From Bacteroidales bacterium (GTDB lineage Bacteria > Bacteroidota > Bacteroidia > Bacteroidales > BM520): a stretch of 64,000 nucleotides of DNA. Location of the stretch: the NCBI GenBank assembly GCA_050953245.1, contig JBMNMG010000003.1:12192-76191 (forward strand), written 5' to 3'. A program made the translations under genes and the position numbers. The notes beneath the pieces were generated by a model, which saw only the letters and a list, made by a program, of their open reading frames with translations, had not been told where the DNA came from and did not search any database. Below are positions 58,589 through 64,000 of this stretch, one piece after another. The stretch's first letter is position 1. Each line of letters begins with the position of its first letter.

Positions 58589-58951
58589 ATGATGCAAATG
58601 ATGCAGCAACATTCCATCTTTCAATTTGTAGTTATCATGTTTATTAGTATTCCAATAGGGATAATCTTACTCCATACACTCCATATTCTACCCAAAATGA
58701 TATATGTGATTCTCTAGTGTTACAGGCACATTGGATTCACTTGTTCAAGTTTCGGTTGCAACACTAAAGGAGCTTTAGAAGTAGCAAAATATGCTGCTTA
58801 TAACGATCCTATTTCGTATATAAATGCTCTGTTAAGATATTACAACATATGTAGTAATCCTGAAGAGTTATCAGACGATCAATGGGCATTGCAGTATAAT
58901 TTGCTACTTAGAATCAGAAAAGAAGAAAGTGAAAAAAACTCATTTAAATAG
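58589..58951 (+). pseudogene. hypothetical phage-remnant ORF with internal TAG
   Basis: One 121-codon frame: a 42-codon membrane-like N-terminus, TAG at 58715-58717, then a 77-codon hydrophilic tail ending 127 nt upstream of the tape measure gene. Confidence 0.3.
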
Positions 58952-59077
58952 ATCAAAAAGGTATTTAAACACTCTTATTAAAAAAGCAACAAATAATATT
59001 GCAAGCACAACACCAACTACTGTATATATGATATTCATGGTAACAAGGTAATTAACACACAAATATAATAAAAACTA

Positions 59078-61219
59078 ATGATGCAGGATAATACTGTAAA
59101 TATAATATTTAAGATAAGTGGTAATGCAACTGAAGCGATGCAGGACATTACAAAGCAATCTGCAGAAGTTGCAAAGTCCATTAATAAAACTGCAGGGTTT
59201 TTTGACAGCTTGGGTGGTAAAATACTTGTTATAAATCAAATTACAGCAGGTTTACAAAACTTAAGCAATGCATTTAACAGTGCCATTCAACCGGGCATTG
59301 CCCTTAATTCGCAACTATTAGACTTGTCGGCAATAGCTAATGTTGCAGGTGAAGATCTTAAACGTATTGAGGGCTATGCACGTGAAAGTGCTATGGCTTT
59401 TGGACTTGATGCGGCACAATCAGTAGAAAGTTATAAGTTACTACTATCACAACTGTCACCGGAGCTTGCAAAAGCACCTAAAGCACTTAAGACAATGGGT
59501 GAAAATGTCGCAGTGCTAAGCAAAACAATGGGCGGTGATACAACAGCGGCTGCAGAAGTATTGACAACCGCAATGAATCAGTTCGGAGTAAGCTTAAAAG
59601 ACCCTACAGAAGCTGCAAAGACAATGGCAAACATGATGAATATTATGGCTGCTGCAGGGCGTGAAGGCTCTGCAGAGTTGCCGGCAATTAAAGTTGCATT
59701 GGAACAAGCAGGTATGGCAGCAAAGGCTGCAAACGTATCTTTCGAGGAAACCAATGCAGCAATACAAGTACTTGACAAAGCAGGCAAGAAAGGCAGTGAA
59801 GGTGGTGTTGCACTTCGTAACGTGTTAAACACACTTGCAAGAGGTCGTTTTTTACCTAAAGATGTGTTAGAGGAACTGCAAGCTGCAGGTGTTAATGTAA
59901 GTAGTTTAACGGATAAAACAAAAACACTTACAGAGAGATTGCAGGTGTTACAACCGGTACTTAAAGATGATGCACTGTTTTCAAAACTATTTGGACGGGA
60001 AAACACCAATGCGGCAATGGCACTTGTACAAGGAGTGTCGCAGGTTGAAAAATATACAGAAGCAATTACCGGAACAAATACAGCATTTGAACAAGCAGAT
60101 ATTATTATGGATTCCTATGCAGAAAGACAAAAGAGAGTTCAGGCACGTTTTCAAAACATGAAAATATCAATATTCAATGCAACCGGAAGTCTGGGTATTT
60201 GGGTAGATACTATAGCAAAATCGGCAATACCACTTGCCCAGCTTGTACCACTCATTTATGGAGTTAACTCTGCCACACGTAAAATAACTGCATCTCTTGT
60301 TGCAACAAACGCAAGTATAGTAGGCACGGGAGGAATGTTTAAGTGGTTAGGTGCAACTGCAAAAAGAGTTTGTACACAGATATCTGTTGCAATTATGAAT
60401 ATTCCTATAATTGGTTGGATAGCGGCAATTATAGCAGCAATAATAGCAGTATCGGCAATATTGTGGAATAAAAGTGAGGGTTTTAGAAAGATAGTATTAG
60501 GTGTTTGGGAGGTTATTAAGGGCATAGGACAGTATCTGCTACAGTTGGGTAAAAAGATATTTAGTAACTTTATTGAAGGCTTTAAAAACCTATTAAATGC
60601 ACTTAAAACAGTGTTTAATGCTATTGTAGGTTTTATTAGGAAGATCAAAGACTTCTTTGTAAGAATGTTTAATTGGGTCACTGAAAAGCTAAAAAACCTA
60701 ACCGGTTTCTTAAAGCGTGTATTTGCTCCGGTAATTAAGTTTTTTGAATCATTATGGGATTATATAAAAGCAATATTCAATAACATCTCACAATTTATGG
60801 GAAAACTGTTTAATCCGGTTATTAAGCTATGGAATAAGATGACCGGTAAAACAGTAGAGTTATATACCACAGGAGCAGCTAAAGGGTCAGAGAGTTGGAA
60901 TAAGAAAAACAAAACTCAAGAGGATCAACCCTTAAGTACGTTAGATACCTTAGATGCTATAGGTGGACTTACTGAATCCGCAACAAGCTTTGGAGGTGAT
61001 TATGGTTTTAGTAACAATCTTTCAGAATCCGGTCTTGAAATAACATCAGGAGGAAAGCAGATCAAGAATGTAAACATAAGCATTGGATCACTTATTGGGA
61101 CAAACACAAACATATTCTCATCGTCAAAAGATGATCCAGCTTCTGCAGATGATTTTATGAGCAAATTAAGTAATGCATTGATGCAAATAGTAAACGATGC
61201 AAATTATGTAGTAGAATAA
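59078..61219 (+). CDS. phage tail tape measure protein (TP901-type core)
   Basis: 713 aa, Ala/Gly-rich helical N-terminal core (AIANVAGEDLKRIEGYARESAMAFGLDAAQS...), central hydrophobic segment (IIGWIAAIIAAIIAVSAILW). Visibly higher G+C than the flanks. Confidence 0.8.
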   Translation: MMQDNTVNIIFKISGNATEAMQDITKQSAEVAKSINKTAGFFDSLGGKILVINQITAGLQNLSNAFNSAIQPGIALNSQLLDLSAIANVAGEDLKRIEGYARESAMAFGLDAAQSVESYKLLLSQLSPELAKAPKALKTMGENVAVLSKTMGGDTTAAAEVLTTAMNQFGVSLKDPTEAAKTMANMMNIMAAAGREGSAELPAIKVALEQAGMAAKAANVSFEETNAAIQVLDKAGKKGSEGGVALRNVLNTLARGRFLPKDVLEELQAAGVNVSSLTDKTKTLTERLQVLQPVLKDDALFSKLFGRENTNAAMALVQGVSQVEKYTEAITGTNTAFEQADIIMDSYAERQKRVQARFQNMKISIFNATGSLGIWVDTIAKSAIPLAQLVPLIYGVNSATRKITASLVATNASIVGTGGMFKWLGATAKRVCTQISVAIMNIPIIGWIAAIIAAIIAVSAILWNKSEGFRKIVLGVWEVIKGIGQYLLQLGKKIFSNFIEGFKNLLNALKTVFNAIVGFIRKIKDFFVRMFNWVTEKLKNLTGFLKRVFAPVIKFFESLWDYIKAIFNNISQFMGKLFNPVIKLWNKMTGKTVELYTTGAAKGSESWNKKNKTQEDQPLSTLDTLDAIGGLTESATSFGGDYGFSNNLSESGLEITSGGKQIKNVNISIGSLIGTNTNIFSSSKDDPASADDFMSKLSNALMQIVNDANYVVE

Positions 61220-61230
61220 ACAGTGTTAAG

Positions 61231-61752
61231 ATGATAAGAATAACAACAGGAGACCAAACCATAGATATACATACTTATGACAAAGCAAACTTACGTGTAC
61301 CAACAGTTGCGGGATACCCGCAACATATTATGAGTATTCCTAAGAACAACGTGATATTACGCAATAAAAACAACGATACTATTGAATTTTTTGACGTAAA
61401 AATTGATGTAACTAAAGCAAACAATATTGTAAGTACACCACTTGTAAACAGACATGGTGAAATCAAAGAATTTATACAACAACAAGATTATACAATCAAA
61501 TTTAGTGGTAACATCATAGAAGAACGTGGAATATTCCCGTATGAAGAGTTAAAGAAGTTAAATGACATCTTAAATGAAGAGGACAGTTTAGATGTATCAA
61601 GTGAATACTTAAATTGCTTTGGAATTACTAAAATTGCATTAGAAAAAGCTAATTTTAAACAAAGTAGTATTAAATATTATAATTTAATGCCTTTTGAATT
61701 AAATTTTAAAAGCGATATGGATTATGAGTTTTTAATAATGGATAATCAATAA
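61231..61752 (+). CDS. hypothetical protein in the distal-tail-protein position
   Basis: Starts 12 nt after the tape measure stop. 173 aa. Assignment rests on position only. Confidence 0.35.
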   Translation: MIRITTGDQTIDIHTYDKANLRVPTVAGYPQHIMSIPKNNVILRNKNNDTIEFFDVKIDVTKANNIVSTPLVNRHGEIKEFIQQQDYTIKFSGNIIEERGIFPYEELKKLNDILNEEDSLDVSSEYLNCFGITKIALEKANFKQSSIKYYNLMPFELNFKSDMDYEFLIMDNQ

Positions 61753-62279
61753 TCTTTATATTTTTCGTAATAATCAATGTTAGAATCATTTACATATACT
61801 TTTAAATCAGGAATGCTGTTGTCTATTTCAATGGTAAAATCAGCACCATATGAAGCAAACCTCCATGTACAACATGGATCGGAGCTTGATATTCCAGCAG
61901 CTGTTTCAACAACAATGTCTGCTTCAGATTCATATTGGACAAAACTAACGCTAAAATCTGCACCATATTCAACTATTTCAACCCAACCTTTTAGTGGTAT
62001 TCCTTTATATGTACAGTATTCAAGGTCTAAGTCCGGTCGTGGTCCATCTGATTTGATTTCTATGATTTCTTCATCATTGCTTTTATTGCGAAAGCTATTA
62101 GGTTCGACGATTTCAATGATAGTTCTACCATTTAATTTAAAATATTTCATTAGCACGCCATCTACAATCTTTATGGAATCATATACAATACCAGAATCAT
62201 CATTTGGATCTGTAACTTGTGCTTGTAAAGCTATTGGAAGTAAAATAAGAGTTGTAAAAAATAAAATGAAACGTTTCAT
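61746..62279 (-). CDS. hypothetical secreted protein with internal YGADF repeats
   Basis: Start moved to MKRFILFFTTLILLPIALQAQ (signal peptide). Repeated (V/A)xYGADF(S/T)(V/I) segments. The opposite-strand 170-aa ORF is Ser-rich and looks antisense. Confidence 0.5.
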   Translation of the reverse strand: MKRFILFFTTLILLPIALQAQVTDPNDDSGIVYDSIKIVDGVLMKYFKLNGRTIIEIVEPNSFRNKSNDEEIIEIKSDGPRPDLDLEYCTYKGIPLKGWVEIVEYGADFSVSFVQYESEADIVVETAAGISSSDPCCTWRFASYGADFTIEIDNSIPDLKVYVNDSNIDYYEKYKDY

Positions 62280-62448
62280 AATAGGGTAATTTAACATGTT
62301 AATTTTAAGATGTAACGTACAAATATCATGCAAAAGTGGCAAAATAATTACATTTAATTATGTTAATGAGATAATTGTAAATAAAAAATGGGATTCTATC
62401 CAATTTGCAAACACTTTAAATTCAGGCTATTAACTTGCAATTTCAAAT

Positions 62449-62486
62449 AAAAGAAAGGGAAGCCAAAAGAAAGGGAAGCCATCCCC
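62449..62486. repeat. 2 x 16-bp tandem repeat containing the reverse complement of the 42-kb array core
   Basis: AAAAGAAAGGGAAGCC x2 followed by ATCCCC. 62473-62485 is the reverse complement of GGGATGGCTTCCC. Confidence 0.8.
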
Positions 62487-62611
62487 AAAATAGAGATGTA
62501 ATGGCGCTGTTTAACGAAGGTGATAGTCGTGATTTTGGAATATGAATGTGAAAGAATTATGGAATTTTTTGTTTTACTTGTTTAACTAAAAAAAAGTACT
62601 ATATTTGCAAC

Positions 62612-62747
62612 GTATTAACCTTGATGCCGATAGGTTCATAATTATCGGACAGGATCGTGCCGAAAGGTTCGTACCACTCCCGCCTCAAATAGGTAGAAAT
62701 GTGTAAATAGATAGAATGTATTATGTATTTGAGGCGGTGTATTTTTA
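62612..62747 (+). ncRNA. family A structured RNA, copy 3 (orphan, no downstream gene)
   Basis: TATATTTG -7 box at 62601-62608. The 34-nt core is identical to copy 1. Compensatory changes occur in two helices. Terminator hairpin 62681-62738 plus a U-run. Confidence 0.45.
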
Positions 62748-63177
62748 AGGAGTTCTGACTTGTTTCTCTCCCGTAATAATAATGGATTCAATCTGGTCCA
62801 TGCATGCAAGAAAGATCCCCTAAAAACGACTTTTTCCAATCAAAATTTATTGAAAAATTCTCATTTTTATCTGATAATTAAACTTTTATTAAATCAGATT
62901 AAGAAAAAGCCTTTTTTTATTAAAATATTAGGTACAATTTGGATAAAATCAGAATGATATTAGACTTTTTTTTGTCTTAATTTTATCTATTTTTTGATAT
63001 TAGACATACGGATGGCTGTTCGGCAATTAAGCGAATTTGGAGGTTTGAGTAGAGTAGTTTTTAGATATAATTGATATTAATTATATCAATTATTTTTATT
63101 TACTTGTTACTATTAATTAGCTGATATTAAGCCTACTCAGTACTTTTGTTTTATCAATATGGATTTTGTTATATCAA

Positions 63178-63939
63178 CTAATCAATTTGATATAGGTTAT
63201 GATCTATATCTTTGCGTTCATGTAAATGGATAAAATTCTCAATATCACCGAATAAGCCATAAAAATCAAAAAAGCGCTTATTGAGATCCTTAATGTAATT
63301 TGGATTTAAGAAATCGTTATACGAGCACCATTCATAATCTTTATAGCTTATCCGAGGATTGTGGTGGGTGACATTAGTATTTACATATATGATGCAATTA
63401 CGCAAATACACAGGTGATGTAATCCTCCTGCGCTTATAATTTTTTCTAAATAAACTTCCCGATCTATCATATTTTATATTAAAGTAACTTGCGTATTTAG
63501 AAAAGAAAATTCTAAGTTTTTCACTTACAATACGTGCTGCAATATAAGCTTTAGACTTACCCGCTTCAATAAATTTTTGAGCGAATTTAGCTACATCTTT
63601 ATCCGTTTCTATTAGTTTAAGAATTTTGCTTGGACTTTTAATCTTGATAACAAAATGAAAGTGATTAAATAACAAAGCATGGCAATAAACATATGCCACC
63701 GGTTCCAGATAATGTTTTATTTCATTGATAAATTTCTGACGATCTTGTCTGTCATGAAAAATCATTTCACCATTGTTTCCTTGATTATAGATGTGAAAAT
63801 CTTCAAGTGGAAACATAAGTTCTGTCTTGCTGTTGCCCTGATCCTTGTGGATCCTTTTCTTGTACTTTTTAGAATTAGTATTAATGATTTTCTCGTAAAG
63901 TTCATTAAACTTCCTCTTTTTAATAACATTAATTTGCAT
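63178..63939 (-). CDS. HUH (Y1) transposase, IS200/RAYT-like
   Basis: HUH motif in LLFNHFHFVIKIK and a Tyr-containing helix RNCIIYVNTNVTHHNP. 253 aa. Hairpins flank the ORF (63067-63093 and 63967-63983). Confidence 0.7.
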   Translation of the reverse strand: MQINVIKKRKFNELYEKIINTNSKKYKKRIHKDQGNSKTELMFPLEDFHIYNQGNNGEMIFHDRQDRQKFINEIKHYLEPVAYVYCHALLFNHFHFVIKIKSPSKILKLIETDKDVAKFAQKFIEAGKSKAYIAARIVSEKLRIFFSKYASYFNIKYDRSGSLFRKNYKRRRITSPVYLRNCIIYVNTNVTHHNPRISYKDYEWCSYNDFLNPNYIKDLNKRFFDFYGLFGDIENFIHLHERKDIDHNLYQID

Positions 63940-64000
63940 AATAATAAAGTTTTAAAATTAAACATTAAAGCATTCGATGCTTTCCTTTATTATTAATCTC

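Noticed and set aside
61777-62289. 170-aa plus-strand ORF overlapping the 61746-62279 minus-strand gene.
   Set aside because: The minus-strand product has a clean signal peptide and internal repeats. The plus-strand product is Ser-rich, lacks an N-terminal signal, and mirrors the other frame.
62642-62957. Two 65-aa ORFs (62642-62839 minus strand, 62760-62957 plus strand).
   Set aside because: They overlie the family A RNA copy and its AT-rich flank. They have no promoter or start context and no recognisable sequence.

Overview
AT-rich chromosomal segment that looks like Bacteroidota. Evidence: several T9SS C-terminal sorting domains, a TonB-dependent receptor, S46/M49/M1 peptidases, TAnnTTTG -7 promoter boxes, and almost no Shine-Dalgarno sites. 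All product names come from motifs I recognise by eye; no database search was run.

Layout:
- 0-14.2 kb, housekeeping: tig (partial), clpP, clpX, argS, a sugar kinase fused to a RapZ C-terminal domain plus a MurU-like gene, and an AddB-like nuclease.
- 14.47 kb: tRNA-Val(UAC). It is followed by a 2.1 kb AbiEi/AbiEii toxin-antitoxin islet bounded by 24-bp direct repeats, with the toxin frameshifted.
- 17.5-29.7 kb, redox-flavoured cluster: flavodoxin, hemerythrin/RIC-like protein plus atypical LuxR regulator, TonB receptor, MarR, thioredoxin, peroxiredoxin, and a rubredoxin missed by the ORF track.
- 30-50 kb: purM-like gene, a large OmpA/TPR/PD40 protein, an LRR-T9SS pseudogene, M1, patatin, M20, DPP3, DPP7, radical SAM/SPASM, GT2 and miaA.

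Most interesting region, 50.3-64 kb:
- rlmD carries an extra ~90-codon tail. It is followed by a cassette with Firmicutes-style signals (strong SDs, TTGAAG-N18-TATAAT promoter, ATGA overlaps).
- The cassette encodes a FokI-family type IIS R-M system: C protein, two separate Dam-class methyltransferases, and an endonuclease broken by three clustered frameshifts.
- It also encodes a chimeric ORF that fuses a PHP-like/Walker-A ATPase N-terminus to an HsdR C-terminal tail.
- Next come tandem promoter-equipped small RNA cassettes, a GC-richer phage tail remnant (tape measure), an orphan copy of a structured leader RNA, and an HUH (IS200/RAYT-like) transposase.

Two repeated structured-RNA families, A and B, show compensatory base changes between copies. 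They match no RNA class I can name. There is also a 22-bp x9 tandem array.

Five genes are disrupted, two of them at homopolymers. Real gene decay and sequencing error therefore both need to be considered.
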